DNA of 64,000 nt. It comes from Candidatus Multivoradales bacterium. GTDB taxonomy: Bacteria; Acidobacteriota; Thermoanaerobaculia; Multivoradales; JAHEKO01. Where the stretch lies: contig CBDCVR010000015.1 in the NCBI GenBank assembly GCA_965223155.1, positions 288,001 through 352,000 of the forward strand. The letters are read 5' to 3'. Below, one piece after another: positions 1 through 10,069 of this stretch. The notes beneath the pieces were generated by a model. It did no database searches, had not been told where the DNA came from, and saw only the letters and a list, made by a program, of their open reading frames with translations. Every line of letters begins with the position of its first letter. Position 1 is the first letter of the stretch. A program made the position numbers and the translations under genes.

Positions 1-2
1 CC

Positions 3-515
3 GAGCGTCGCATCCACCTGACCTACAAGAGCTCGACCGACGAGACCGCCCTGCTCCAAGCTCAGATCGTCCAGTCCATGCTGGCGGACGTCGGTATCGG
101 GATCGACATCCGCTCGTTTGATTTCGCCACCTTCTACAACGACATCAAGCAGGGCAACTTCCAGCTCTTCAGCTTGCGCTGGAAAGGCATCGTGGACCCG
201 AACATCTACAAGCTGACCTTGCACTCGGCGAGCATCCCGCCCGCCGGCGCCAACCGCGGCCGCTTTCGCAACGCCCGCTTCGATGAGCTGATCGATCAGG
301 GCGCCCGCCTCTCAGCACCCGAGGAACGGCGCCCAATGTACCTGGAGGCCCAGGAGATCGTCCACCGCGAGCTGCCCTACATCAGCCTCATGACCCACGC
401 CACCGTGGCGGTCATGAACTGCGCCGTCGAAGGCTACGAAAACTACCCGACCGGCGAGTTCTACGGTCTGCCGGCCGTCGCCCTCGACTTCCAGTCACCC
501 GGCTGTTCGGGCTGA
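3..515 (+). CDS. ABC transporter substrate-binding protein, peptide/nickel family 5 (5' truncated by window edge)
   Basis: Frame open from position 3; C-terminal SBP_bac_5-like sequence GANRGRFRNARFDELID...EERRPMYLEAQEIVHRELPYISL. Confidence 0.85.
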   Translation, partial: ERRIHLTYKSSTDETALLQAQIVQSMLADVGIGIDIRSFDFATFYNDIKQGNFQLFSLRWKGIVDPNIYKLTLHSASIPPAGANRGRFRNARFDELIDQGARLSAPEERRPMYLEAQEIVHRELPYISLMTHATVAVMNCAVEGYENYPTGEFYGLPAVALDFQSPGCSG

Positions 516-626
516 GAGAGAGCCGCGGCCCTTGCGAGTCGACAACAACGTCCGCAGGATGCCCGTTCGACCGGCCGCGGCCGACGGAACTTCCTGATTC
601 CCGGGACCGGCGCAACCGGCCCGGCT

Positions 627-971
627 CTAGCTGACCTCGAAGGAGGCGATCGCCTCCTCCTCGTCGTCGAACACCTCGAAGACGGTGATGAGCTGGGTGA
701 TCTGCAGAATGTCCGCGACCTTGGGCGGCAGGTCGCAGAGCTTGAGCGCTCCGCCCCCGTTGGTGACGGTCGTGTAGGCGGACACCATCTCCCCGACTCC
801 CGAGGAATCGATCGTGCTGACCTCTCCGAGGTTGACCAGAATGTGCTTCGAGCCGGCGTCTACCGCCTCGCGCACCGCGTCGCGGAGCGCGACGTCTCCG
901 GCTCCGATCGTGATCTTGCCCTTGGGCTCCAAAATCGTGACGCCACCAGCGTGGCGAACTGACATTTTCAT
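627..971 (-). CDS. STAS-domain anti-sigma factor antagonist (RsbV/SpoIIAA family)
   Basis: 114 aa; ILVNLGEVSTIDSSGVGEMV with the phosphoacceptor Ser motif DSSG; LQITQLITVFEVF. Confidence 0.93.
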   Translation of the reverse strand: MKMSVRHAGGVTILEPKGKITIGAGDVALRDAVREAVDAGSKHILVNLGEVSTIDSSGVGEMVSAYTTVTNGGGALKLCDLPPKVADILQITQLITVFEVFDDEEEAIASFEVS

Positions 972-1412
972 CTATGAATCCTCCTTCAGTCCCGGATCGG
1001 AGGAATACCGCTTCGTCAACCGAACCTCGGTACCACCGTCCTCATGGAAAGTGTAGTCGATCTCGTCCATAAATTCCTTCATGAACAGCAAACCGCGTCC
1101 GCTCGTCTGCATCAAATTGAGCGGCGCGCACGGATCGGGGACCTCTTCGAGGTCGAATCCGTTGCCCTCGTCGGTCACTGTGACCACGAGCTCGTCGTCG
1201 GCCACCTCGAGGCGCAACGCGACCTTCTTGTGTTGGATCGAATCGTTGCCGTGCTCGATGGCGTTGACCACCGCTTCCCGCACCGCCATGCCCACCGCGT
1301 ACGAGATCTTGTCGTCCACCGCCAAGCGGCTCATGGTCTCTTCCAGCACCGCCTGGACCAGATCTACGTTTTCCAGGCTGCTGGGTACGGTGAGCTCGGC
1401 TTCGACGCTCAT
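972..1412 (-). CDS. Anti-sigma factor / Ser kinase (RsbW/SpoIIAB family, HATPase_c_2)
   Basis: Start MSVEAEL at 1412 (ATGA overlap with upstream stop); EAVVNAIEHGN N-box, DEGNGFD, SGRGLLFM, GGTEVRL. Confidence 0.92.
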   Translation of the reverse strand: MSVEAELTVPSSLENVDLVQAVLEETMSRLAVDDKISYAVGMAVREAVVNAIEHGNDSIQHKKVALRLEVADDELVVTVTDEGNGFDLEEVPDPCAPLNLMQTSGRGLLFMKEFMDEIDYTFHEDGGTEVRLTKRYSSDPGLKEDS

Positions 1413-2293
1413 AGGACGAGGTCGAGAATTGTAGCAACCGGCAGCTCGACTCCACTCTCGAGAAGATCGATCGCCCGCGGAATAACCACCGTCAACTGCA
1501 AGGCGTCGAAGACCGCGTGGGCGACGACCGCGGCCCAGATGCTCTGCCGCCATCGCACCAGAAAGGCGAAGATCAACGACAGCAGGGTCACCCCCACCAG
1601 CATCAGCGGCTGCTGGTAGCCGGCGTGGGCGAGGACGAAGAGCACGGTCGAGAACAGAACGCCGGATCGCGGCTGGAGAAATCCCCGGAAGAACAGTTCC
1701 TCGAAGATTCCCGCCGAAGCGCTGAGCGCCAGGCGGACCGCCACCGGCAACCCGACCATCCAGGGCACGATCGCCGGCGGCTCTTGCGGCAGGACGTCGG
1801 CTCCTCCCAGAGTCGTGATCAGGAGGCCCAGAATCACCAAGACCGCCAGCACTCCCAGCCAGGCGGCAACCCCGGCGGCGGCACCCAGTCCAATCTCGAC
1901 GGCGGGACGCGCCGCCGCCAACCCGAACTGGCGGCTCCAGCCCGAGCCCGCACCGGAACCCAGACCCCAGAAGCCCAGGAAGTACCAGAGTACTAGAACC
2001 ACCAGCAGCATGGCATGAACCAGAAACAGACTGGGCCAGGCGACGCCGGTCAGGTCCGGAGGCGCCTGACCGATCGTGGCGAGCGGCGCGAAGACCGCGA
2101 TCCAGAAAAGCCCTGCCAAGAGTGCCGCCGCCAGGGCGCGGCGCAGGGCGAAGCTCCAGGCATCTCCCGTGTCGCGCGAAGCGGAGAAGCCGGGAGGCAA
2201 GAGCCCGCGCAATGCCATGCTCCGGTCCAGGTACAGGACGGCCAGCACGGCGAGAACCGCCGGAGCTACGACCTTGATCAGCGCGGCCGCCAC
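1409..2293 (-). CDS. CPBP (CAAX protease/Abi family) intramembrane metalloprotease
   Basis: Multi-TM; motifs EELFFRG, FVLAH, HAVFD. Confidence 0.9.
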   Translation of the reverse strand: MAAALIKVVAPAVLAVLAVLYLDRSMALRGLLPPGFSASRDTGDAWSFALRRALAAALLAGLFWIAVFAPLATIGQAPPDLTGVAWPSLFLVHAMLLVVLVLWYFLGFWGLGSGAGSGWSRQFGLAAARPAVEIGLGAAAGVAAWLGVLAVLVILGLLITTLGGADVLPQEPPAIVPWMVGLPVAVRLALSASAGIFEELFFRGFLQPRSGVLFSTVLFVLAHAGYQQPLMLVGVTLLSLIFAFLVRWRQSIWAAVVAHAVFDALQLTVVIPRAIDLLESGVELPVATILDLVL

Positions 2294-2346
2294 GAACTCA
2301 GGAACGACCTGCGGCAGGGAAAGGAGGCTGACGGCCGGGACACGCT

Positions 2347-2616
2347 CTACATCCTCCGCCTGCGCCGGAAGGCCTGCAGGATCGTGCGCGCTTGGGACAA
2401 ACGCATGAGTCTGCGGTTCCGGTCCGTAAGCGCTGGAATGTCTTCCAGGTCGAGCTGCTCACCCCGGATCTCGCGCTGCCGTCGTTCCATCTCGAAGCCG
2501 ATCTTCTGGAGATCAGCGACCGTCATCCGCGCGAAGGTGCGCTCGGTGACCAGGACGTATCCGGCCGCAATGTCCCGGGCCATGGCCCACGCGCTACCTC
2601 CCGGAAAAGCTCCCAT
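2347..2616 (-). CDS. Small hypothetical protein (about 89 aa; alternative start 2583)
   Basis: Protein-like 3' end of ORF 2347..4041 (MGAFPGGSAWAMARDIAAGYVLVTERTF...), fills the gap before the acyl-CoA dehydrogenase. Confidence 0.65.
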   Translation of the reverse strand: MGAFPGGSAWAMARDIAAGYVLVTERTFARMTVADLQKIGFEMERRQREIRGEQLDLEDIPALTDRNRRLMRLSQARTILQAFRRRRRM

Positions 2617-2742
2617 CACAACGAATGATACTCCAGCCACCGTGCTATGATCGAGGTGGGCTCGCGACCCGATTCGCCCCCTCCGAACACCCATTCCTTG
2701 CAGCCCGCCCGATGGCGTGCTTTGCTCAGCAGGAGGTTCGTC

Positions 2743-3960
2743 ATGAGCCGTTTTCACGGCGTTGATTACGTCGATTTCGATTCGCTGCTTTCCGAAGAAG
2801 AGCGCCTGGTGCGCGAAACCGTTCGCGCCTTCGTGGACGATCAGGTGCTGCCGATCATCGAGGAATGCCACCGCGAGGCGCGGTTCCCGATCGAGCTGGT
2901 TCCGGACCTGGCCCGCCTCAACGTCTTCGGCTCGACGATTTCCGAGTACGACCTCCCCGGCTTGAACAACGTCGCCTACGGCTTGATCATGCAGGAGCTC
3001 GAGCGCGGCGATTCGGGCCTGCGGAGCTTCGTTTCCGTCCAGAGCGCTCTCGTCATGTACCCGATCTACGCCTTCGGCTCCGAGGAGCAGAAGGACCGCT
3101 GGATTCCGGCGCTCGGCTCGGGCACGGCGATCGGCTGCTTCGGCCTGACCGAACCGGATTTCGGCTCGAACCCCGGTGGCATGCGGACGACGGCGCGCCG
3201 CGACGGGAACGGCTGGATCCTGAACGGAGCCAAGCAGTGGATCACCAGCGGCACGATCGCCGACGTCGCCGTGGTCTGGGCCCAGACCGAGGACGGCGTC
3301 CGTGGCTTTCTGGTCGAGAAAGGCACGCCGGGCTTTGCCGCCACCGACCAGCACGGAAAGTTTTCGCTCAGGGCGTCGATCACCTCCGAGCTGGGCTTCC
3401 AGGACTGCCGCATTCCGGCCGAGAACCTCTTGCCCAAGACCGAAGGCCTCAAGAACGCGCTCATGTGTCTCAATCAAGCGCGCTACGGAATCGCCTGGGG
3501 GGCTCTGGGCGCGGCCATGGACTGCTACGCCACGGCACTCGACTACGCCAAGGAGCGCAAGCAGTTTGGCGGCCAGCCGATCGCCTGCCACCAGCTCGTC
3601 CAGGACAAGCTGGTCTGGATGATCTCCGAGATCTCCAAGGGCCAGCTCCTGGCGCTCCAGCTGGGCCGGCTCAAGGACGACGGCAAGCTCAAGCACCAGC
3701 AGGTTTCGCTCGGCAAGCGCAATAACGTCTGGGTCGCCCGCGAGTCGGCCAAGCTGGCCCGCGAGATCCTGGGCGCCAACGGCATCGTGGACGACTACCC
3801 CGTGATCCGCCACATGCTCAACATCGAATCCGTGTACACCTACGAAGGCACCCACGACATCCACGGCCTGGTGATCGGCAATGCCATCACCGGCATCCCG
3901 GCCTTCAATCCGCCGGTCATCGAAGAAGCGGCCGCCGAGCTGGCTCGCACCGAGCGCTGA
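2743..3960 (+). CDS. Acyl-CoA dehydrogenase, glutaryl-CoA dehydrogenase-like
   Basis: SD AGGAGG 2731-2736; [27 protein letters not shown]...YEGTHDIH. Confidence 0.92.
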   Translation: MSRFHGVDYVDFDSLLSEEERLVRETVRAFVDDQVLPIIEECHREARFPIELVPDLARLNVFGSTISEYDLPGLNNVAYGLIMQELERGDSGLRSFVSVQSALVMYPIYAFGSEEQKDRWIPALGSGTAIGCFGLTEPDFGSNPGGMRTTARRDGNGWILNGAKQWITSGTIADVAVVWAQTEDGVRGFLVEKGTPGFAATDQHGKFSLRASITSELGFQDCRIPAENLLPKTEGLKNALMCLNQARYGIAWGALGAAMDCYATALDYAKERKQFGGQPIACHQLVQDKLVWMISEISKGQLLALQLGRLKDDGKLKHQQVSLGKRNNVWVARESAKLAREILGANGIVDDYPVIRHMLNIESVYTYEGTHDIHGLVIGNAITGIPAFNPPVIEEAAAELARTER

Positions 3961-3961
3961 G

Positions 3962-4951
3962 ATGAGCGGACTCGACCATACGCTGGAGCCGGGCTTCGTC
4001 CGGGTCACTGAGGCCGCCGCGGTGGCCGCCGCCCACACCATGGGCTACGGCGACCGCAAGCACTCCGACAAGGTGGCGGTCGAAGCCATGCGCTCGGAGA
4101 TGAATGGCCTGCCCATTCGCGGACGGATCGTCATCGGCGAGGGCGAGCGCGACAAGGCGCCCATGCTCTTCGTCGGCGAGGAGGTCGGCGCTCTCCTGGG
4201 CCAAGACAACGGCCTGGAAGTCGATATCGCGGTCGACCCCCTCGAGGGGACGAACCTGTGCGCGACCGGCGAGCCGGGCGCCATCGCGGTCCTGGCCGCC
4301 TCCGAGCGCGGCGGGCTGCTCCACGCCCCGGATATCTATATGGACAAGATCGTGGTCGGGCCGACGGCACGAAACGCCGGCGTCCACCTGGACGCGCCGG
4401 TGGCCGAGAATCTGCGCAACATTGCCGAGGCCTACGGCCGCGAGGTCTCCGACTTGACCGTCGTGGTCCTCGACCGGCATCGTCACGCCGAGCTCATCGA
4501 CGACATTCGTACGGCGGGGGCCCGCATCCGGCTGATCGGCGATGGAGACCTCTCGGCCGGCATCGCCGCCGCGGTACGGGGCACCGGAATCCACGCGGTC
4601 ATGGGCATAGGCGGGGCGCCGGAGGGCGTCTTGACGGCCGCCGCCATGCGCTGCCTGGGCGGTGAGATCCACGCCCGTCTGACGCCCATCGGCGAAGACC
4701 AGGAGCAGCGCTTGGCGGAGATGGGCATCGACGACCCCGAGCGCATCTACCGCCGCGGCGATCTCGCCTGCGGTGACGAGATTCTCTTCTGCTGCACCGG
4801 TATTACCGACGGCCAGTTGCTGCGTGGCATCCGCTTCTTCGGCGGCGGCTACCGTTCCTCGACCTTGTTCATGTCGCTCAACCGCCGCTTGATCCGGTTC
4901 GTGGACTCGATCCGTCGCGACGATCCGGACGCTCCCGTCCTTTTCAAGTAG
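3962..4951 (+). CDS. glpX: Fructose-1,6-bisphosphatase class II
   Basis: [36 protein letters not shown]. Confidence 0.96.
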   Translation: MSGLDHTLEPGFVRVTEAAAVAAAHTMGYGDRKHSDKVAVEAMRSEMNGLPIRGRIVIGEGERDKAPMLFVGEEVGALLGQDNGLEVDIAVDPLEGTNLCATGEPGAIAVLAASERGGLLHAPDIYMDKIVVGPTARNAGVHLDAPVAENLRNIAEAYGREVSDLTVVVLDRHRHAELIDDIRTAGARIRLIGDGDLSAGIAAAVRGTGIHAVMGIGGAPEGVLTAAAMRCLGGEIHARLTPIGEDQEQRLAEMGIDDPERIYRRGDLACGDEILFCCTGITDGQLLRGIRFFGGGYRSSTLFMSLNRRLIRFVDSIRRDDPDAPVLFK

Positions 4952-5005
4952 CCGTCTCCGCCGCCGCTGGAGTGCCGGCCCTCGGCTAGAATCTCGACGC
5001 ACCCG

Positions 5006-6133
5006 ATGAGCATTACCGGCAACCTGAACACGATGGAGCTGGGCGAGCTGCTGCAGTGGCTCGGACATACCGGCAAGACAGGCACTCTCGTGCTCAGTAA
5101 CGGCGCCGTCGAGAAGCGGGTCGTGTTCCGAAACGGCGAGGTCATCGTCACCGCCTCCAGCGATCCCAAGGAGTACCTGGGCCATTTCCTTGTCAGCCAC
5201 GGTCTGATCGACGAGCTCACCTTGGCCAAGGCAATGGACATGCAGGAAAAAAACAGCATGCTCCTGGGCAAGATCCTGGTCACCATCGGCGCTCTGACCG
5301 AGAGCCAGCTGGAACACATGCTACGCCTCAAGCTGGAGGAGAGCGTCTACGAGATCTTCACCTGGCAGGAGGGAGAGTTCCGTTTCGTTGATGGCGAGCT
5401 GGCGGCCGACCGCTTGATCCCGCTACGTTTCAACGTCAACGCACTAGTGCTGGAAGGCTCCCGCCGCGCCGACGAGTGGCACTCCATTCGCGCCCGCATC
5501 CCATCCAAGGACTGTGTGGTCGTCTCGACCCGGCCCTTGACCTCGAGCGGCGCCGACGCACTCACCAGCAAGATTCTCTCCCTGGTCAACGATGACCGCA
5601 CCCTCGAGGAAATCGCGCTCCACGCGCACGCCAGCGAGTTTCAGGTCTGCCGAACGCTCCTGGGGCAGATCGAGGACGGAGCGGTCAAGGTGGTGCGCCC
5701 GCGGCAGAGCGGCCCGGCCGAGCCGCAACCGAGCGCGGCCGAGGCCTTGCCGGACGCCAATTCCTTGATTGGCAAGGCCGAGGCTCTGCTGGAAACCGGC
5801 GATTACGAACAGGCTCTGGGCCACTTCCGCGCCGCTCTCAACCTACATCCGAAAAACGAAGAGATCCGGCAACGAACCGCTCAGGTCGAAAGCGACGTCA
5901 CCCGCCACCTGAGCGACGAAGGCATCCGGCCCGAGGCCGTGCCGACCCTGTTACGGAGCATGGAAGACTTGGCCGCCCTCGACATCGCGCCCCAGGACGG
6001 GTTCATCCTGAGCCGGGTCAACGGCACCTACGACATCCAGACGATCCTGAAGATCAGTCCCATGGCCGCCATCGACGCGCTGCTCGTCTTTCGGCGGCTC
6101 CTGCGCGAGCGGCACATCAAGCTCGCGGGCTGA
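5006..6133 (+). CDS. DUF4388 (PatA_N) domain protein with TPR and C-terminal winged-helix-like region
   Basis: N-term SITGNLNTMELGELLQWL...KTGTL, LGKILV, FTWQEGEFRF; TPR-like GDYEQALGHFRAALNLHP. Confidence 0.85.
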   Translation: MSITGNLNTMELGELLQWLGHTGKTGTLVLSNGAVEKRVVFRNGEVIVTASSDPKEYLGHFLVSHGLIDELTLAKAMDMQEKNSMLLGKILVTIGALTESQLEHMLRLKLEESVYEIFTWQEGEFRFVDGELAADRLIPLRFNVNALVLEGSRRADEWHSIRARIPSKDCVVVSTRPLTSSGADALTSKILSLVNDDRTLEEIALHAHASEFQVCRTLLGQIEDGAVKVVRPRQSGPAEPQPSAAEALPDANSLIGKAEALLETGDYEQALGHFRAALNLHPKNEEIRQRTAQVESDVTRHLSDEGIRPEAVPTLLRSMEDLAALDIAPQDGFILSRVNGTYDIQTILKISPMAAIDALLVFRRLLRERHIKLAG

Positions 6134-6181
6134 GCAAGCCGCGCCTGGACCTGAACCTCGAGCTAGCGCCGGCGGCCGGAC

Positions 6182-6886
6182 CTACCACGGCCACGGTCGG
6201 GAAACGTGCCGATTGCCGGCCTCGGCGAAGCGTAGCGGCCAGAGGGCGGCGGCACCGGCGTAGTCGATGCCGATCCGAGTCCCGACGGCAACGTGCCGCT
6301 CGGCAACCCTTCGGCCCCGGCAGATGACGAGCGGCTCGCCGCCGCCCGACCCGGCGCCAAGAGCCAAACCATTGCACCCGCGATCCACGGCCAGAGCCTG
6401 ACAGAGCTTGCCCGGGCCGCTCGCGAGTGCCTCGGTGCCGGTACCCGGCCCCAGGCCGCGGAGCTCCCGCATGCGCTCCGCTCCCGCGATGGGCTGACCG
6501 GCCCGCACCAAGACCGCGCTGCCGTCCCCGCGCCGGCCGGCGACGACGTTCAGCATCGAGTGCAGTCCGTAGATCAGGTAGACGTAGGCAACACCCCCCG
6601 GCTCGAAAAGCACGCGCGTCCGGTCCGTGGGTCGTCCCCGCCAGGCGTGACTCGCCCGATCGCCCACCCCCAGATAGGCCTCGGTCTCGACGATCCGCAA
6701 GACCAGAGGCTCGGGCGAACGGCTCGAATCCGGGTCCGGCTCACGCCGCACCACGTACCGGCCCAGGAGATCGCGGGCCAGAGTCTCGGCGGAACGCCGG
6801 AAGAACCGCGTCGCGAGCGGCCGCAGGGCGGCGGATCCTTCGGAAGCGGAGCTCACGGCAACGACTCTACCGGCCACGGCCGCCAC
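6182..6886 (-). CDS. mpg: DNA-3-methyladenine glycosylase (AAG/MPG family)
   Basis: RIVETEAY, AYVYLIYGLH, AVLVRA, SGPGKLCQAL, RIGI..A...PLRF; start uncertain. Confidence 0.93.
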   Translation of the reverse strand: MAAVAGRVVAVSSASEGSAALRPLATRFFRRSAETLARDLLGRYVVRREPDPDSSRSPEPLVLRIVETEAYLGVGDRASHAWRGRPTDRTRVLFEPGGVAYVYLIYGLHSMLNVVAGRRGDGSAVLVRAGQPIAGAERMRELRGLGPGTGTEALASGPGKLCQALAVDRGCNGLALGAGSGGGEPLVICRGRRVAERHVAVGTRIGIDYAGAAALWPLRFAEAGNRHVSRPWPW

Positions 6887-6942
6887 CGCGCGCGCGATCT
6901 TTCGCCGGACCCGGTGCCTATTCGATGCTCCATAATGGAGCC

Positions 6943-7632
6943 ATGCTCGCCGCCGAGCCGCTGCCGTCGCTGTTCGCCGACCTGCCTTCGATCTGGACCG
7001 AAGAGCTCGATGGGGACGCCCCCTGGCGCCTTCTGGGCGAGCCGCTGGATCGGGTCTTGGGGGAGTTGCCGGACGAGCGCATCGATGGACTTCTGGAACC
7101 CCACGTCGCTCTGGCGGGCACCGGCATCGTGATCGCCAAGGGGGCTCGAATCCACTCGGGCGCCGCCATCACCGGGCCGGTCTACGTCGGGCCCGACGCC
7201 GAGGTGCGTCCCGGGGCTTGGATTCGCGGCGGCGCCTGGATCGGCCCGGCAGCCGTTGTCGGAGCCAATTGCGAGGTCAAGCGCGCCATCTTTCTCGCCG
7301 GAGCTCGGGCCCCGCACCTCAACTACGTCGGTGATTCCATCCTGGGCGCCGGTGTCAATCTGGGCGCCGGCACGGTCCTGTCGAACTTCCGCCACGACGG
7401 AGCCGAAATCGCGGTGCCGGGGCTGGGAGCCACCGGCCGCCGCAAGCTCGGCGCGATTCTCGGCGACGGCGTCCGCACCGGCTGCAACTGCACGCTCCAT
7501 CCGGGCACCGTCGTTGGCGCCGGCACCTCGATCTATCCGGGCGTGCAGCTACGCGCCGGCGTTTACGATCGAGACCGCATCATCAAGCTGCGTCAAGAGA
7601 TCGACGTGATACCGCGGCAAGGGCCCCCGTAG
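6943..7632 (+). CDS. Hexapeptide-repeat (LbH) acyltransferase resembling the GlmU C-terminal domain
   Basis: GPVYVG, APHLNYVGDSILG..VNLGAGT, RRKLGAILGD..RTGCN; no nucleotidyltransferase domain. Confidence 0.85.
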   Translation: MLAAEPLPSLFADLPSIWTEELDGDAPWRLLGEPLDRVLGELPDERIDGLLEPHVALAGTGIVIAKGARIHSGAAITGPVYVGPDAEVRPGAWIRGGAWIGPAAVVGANCEVKRAIFLAGARAPHLNYVGDSILGAGVNLGAGTVLSNFRHDGAEIAVPGLGATGRRKLGAILGDGVRTGCNCTLHPGTVVGAGTSIYPGVQLRAGVYDRDRIIKLRQEIDVIPRQGPP

Positions 7633-7664
7633 CGAGAGCGGTAGCCGAGATCATCGTCGCCAAC

Positions 7665-9140
7665 CTAGCCGTGGTCGATCAGGGCCCGGACGACGTCGTC
7701 TTGGGCCCGACGGGCGTCGGCAACGCTGGGCACGCCGTTGCACAAGATCGAGAAACCGTACACCCTGCCAGAGCGGGCCTTGGCGTAGCCCGAGAGCGTC
7801 GAGACCGAGCGCAAAGATCCGGTCTTGGCGAAAACGTTCGCGCCGTAGGGGGCTTCCGCAAGCCGGGTACGCCAGCGGTAATGGTCCTCCAAACCGCTGT
7901 AGGGCAGGGTCAGGACGAACTCGCGCGCGTGGCGATGGCCGAACATGTAGGTCAGCAGCCGGGTCAATTGACGCGCCGAGAACCGGTTGCCACGCGACAT
8001 CCCCGAGCCGTCCACCAAGCGGTAGCCGGGCTCGACGCCGGCTTCCTCCAGAAACTCGCGTACCGCCCGCACCCCGGCCCGCCAACTGCCCTCGAGACAG
8101 AGGCGGGCTCCCAGGAGCTTGATCAGGGCCTCGGCGAAGAAGTTCTGGCTCCGCCGGTTCGTGACCTCGAGCGCCGACATCAGGTCGGTGCGATGCTCCG
8201 TCACCCGCCACCAGGCGCCCTCGGGCATGGTCTCCGCGGGCACGGGGTGGCCCCGGACGGCTACGCCCTCGCTGGCAAAGGCCTCGACTACCGCCGCACC
8301 GAAGTAGAGCGGCGGATCATCGACGCTCACCCAAACCTCGATCGGCCGCGACCGAGCCAGCAACATGCCACCAACCTCGATGATGTTGGTGCCAGGTCGC
8401 CGATCCACCGCCAGCTTGTGACGCCGCGGCGACGAGGTGGTCACCGCCGTATTCCGGATCGTGAAGATGTCCAGATCCGGCAGCACCCGGACCGCGACAG
8501 GCTTTCCCGGCCGGCTGCCGGGGATAACCCGCACCAGGACGCAATTGTCGCTGAAGGAAAGCGCGTCGACCGGCGCTTCGTACCAGCGGGCAAGCTGGTC
8601 GCGCGGCCAGTCCGGATGCACCCGGCGATCGTCGTAGAGGCCGTGGAGCAGGATCACGTCGCCGGCGATCTCCCGGATTCCCAGCGCCTTGAGCTCCCTA
8701 GCCCAGCGGCGGAAGACCGCGTAGACGTCGGCGTCGTGGTCCCGCCCCGAGATATTGGGGTCGCCGCTGCCGCGGATGGCGAGCCGGCCCTGGAGAACGC
8801 CGTCCCGGATCTCTCCCTCGACAAAGACCGGGGTCTCGAAGAAAAAGCCCGGTCCCAAGCGGTCAAGCGCCGTGGCCGTGGTCAGAAGCTTGGTATTGGA
8901 GGCGATGATGCGCAGCGAGTCCGCCTGCCGCTCGAAGACCGAGCGGCCATCGGGCAAGGTCACGACGTGGACCGAGAGCTCAGGCGCGGCACGGCGGGCA
9001 CGCTGGGTGGCTGCGGCCAGAGCCGTTTCGAGCGAGGCAGTCGCCGGCAAGGCAGCCGGAAGCACGCAGGCCGCCGCAACGAGGATCCGGGCGACGCCTG
9101 GCCGCCGGTGCCGGGAATGAGCCGCTGCCTCCGGCTTCAC
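7665..9140 (-). CDS. dacB: D-alanyl-D-alanine carboxypeptidase/endopeptidase (PBP4, peptidase S13)
   Basis: SxxK ASNTK, SxN SQN, KTG; GSGDP, DGSGMSR; GTG start overlapping the hflC stop. Confidence 0.92.
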   Translation of the reverse strand: MKPEAAAHSRHRRPGVARILVAAACVLPAALPATASLETALAAATQRARRAAPELSVHVVTLPDGRSVFERQADSLRIIASNTKLLTTATALDRLGPGFFFETPVFVEGEIRDGVLQGRLAIRGSGDPNISGRDHDADVYAVFRRWARELKALGIREIAGDVILLHGLYDDRRVHPDWPRDQLARWYEAPVDALSFSDNCVLVRVIPGSRPGKPVAVRVLPDLDIFTIRNTAVTTSSPRRHKLAVDRRPGTNIIEVGGMLLARSRPIEVWVSVDDPPLYFGAAVVEAFASEGVAVRGHPVPAETMPEGAWWRVTEHRTDLMSALEVTNRRSQNFFAEALIKLLGARLCLEGSWRAGVRAVREFLEEAGVEPGYRLVDGSGMSRGNRFSARQLTRLLTYMFGHRHAREFVLTLPYSGLEDHYRWRTRLAEAPYGANVFAKTGSLRSVSTLSGYAKARSGRVYGFSILCNGVPSVADARRAQDDVVRALIDHG

Positions 9141-10069
9141 GGAGTGCTGCGATCCAGAAACCGGTAGAGCTCGCCCTCGGTCGACATCCACAGGGACGTG
9201 GACTCGTCCGTCGTCGACGCCAGGGTCTCCATGCTCTTCAAGAACTCGTAGAAGCGGCGGGCGTCGGCCGACCGATCGTACGCCGCGGCGTAGATCTCCG
9301 TGGCCTCGGCATCCGCCCGGCCGACGATCTCCTGCGCTTTCCGGTAGGCCTCGGACTCGATCCGCTTGAGCTCGCGCTCGAGATCGCCGCGGATGCTCGC
9401 GGCCTGTCCCTCGCCCTCCGACCGGTAGCGCTCGGCGATGCGGCGGCGTTCGGCGGTCATGCGGTCGTAGACCTTGCGCCGCACCTCTTCGACGTAGCTG
9501 ATGCGCTTGAGTTGCACGTCCAGCACCTCGATCCCTAGGTCGAGGGTCCGGCTCTGCGCCTTCTCGAGAATCTCGAGGCGGATGTTCTCGCGGCCGACTT
9601 GGACCGGCTCGAGCCGGGTCACGACGTCGGGCTGAGACTCGTCCTGGGCTGGCTCGCGGTTGGACGAGCGCACGATCTCGACCAGATTGTGCTTGGCGAT
9701 CGCGTTCCGGGTCTCGCCGTCCAGGATGTCGTCGAGCCGGCTCTGGGCCCTGCGCTCGTCCTGGAGACGCTGGAAGAAGAGCAAGGGATTGCTGATCCGC
9801 CAGCGCGCGTAGGTATCGACAAAGATGAACCGCTTGTCCTTGGTGGTGAGCTCGGTCGCGTCTCCGTCCCACTCCAGGAACCGTTTGTCGAACCGGTGCA
9901 CCTTCTCGAAGATCGGCAGCTTGAAGTGGAGCCCGGGCTCGGAGATCGGCGCCCCGACCGGCTTGCCGAACCGGGTCTTGATGACCTGCTCGGTCTCCTG
10001 GACGACAAACGCCGCGCTCGCCAGCGCGATTAGCGCGACCGCCAGAATCAGCACCCCCAGCGCCCTCAT
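9137..10069 (-). CDS. hflC: FtsH modulator HflC
   Basis: SPFH domain; PGLHFKLP, FDKRFL, RMTAERRRIA..YRSEG, FYEFLKSME. Confidence 0.95.
   Translation of the reverse strand: MRALGVLILAVALIALASAAFVVQETEQVIKTRFGKPVGAPISEPGLHFKLPIFEKVHRFDKRFLEWDGDATELTTKDKRFIFVDTYARWRISNPLLFFQRLQDERRAQSRLDDILDGETRNAIAKHNLVEIVRSSNREPAQDESQPDVVTRLEPVQVGRENIRLEILEKAQSRTLDLGIEVLDVQLKRISYVEEVRRKVYDRMTAERRRIAERYRSEGEGQAASIRGDLERELKRIESEAYRKAQEIVGRADAEATEIYAAAYDRSADARRFYEFLKSMETLASTTDESTSLWMSTEGELYRFLDRSTP

Noticed and set aside
601-624. GC hairpin between convergent genes (ccgggaccgg-cgcaa-ccggcccgg)
   Set aside because: No U-tract; possible terminator but too weak to call.
2617-4041. Long antisense or alternate-frame ORFs (e.g. 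2347..4041, 3917..5317, 7671..9167, 22050..24746, 25108..26973, 29769..31514, 59919..61304)
   Set aside because: Shadow ORFs expected in high-GC coding DNA; each overlaps a well-supported gene and lacks family motifs.
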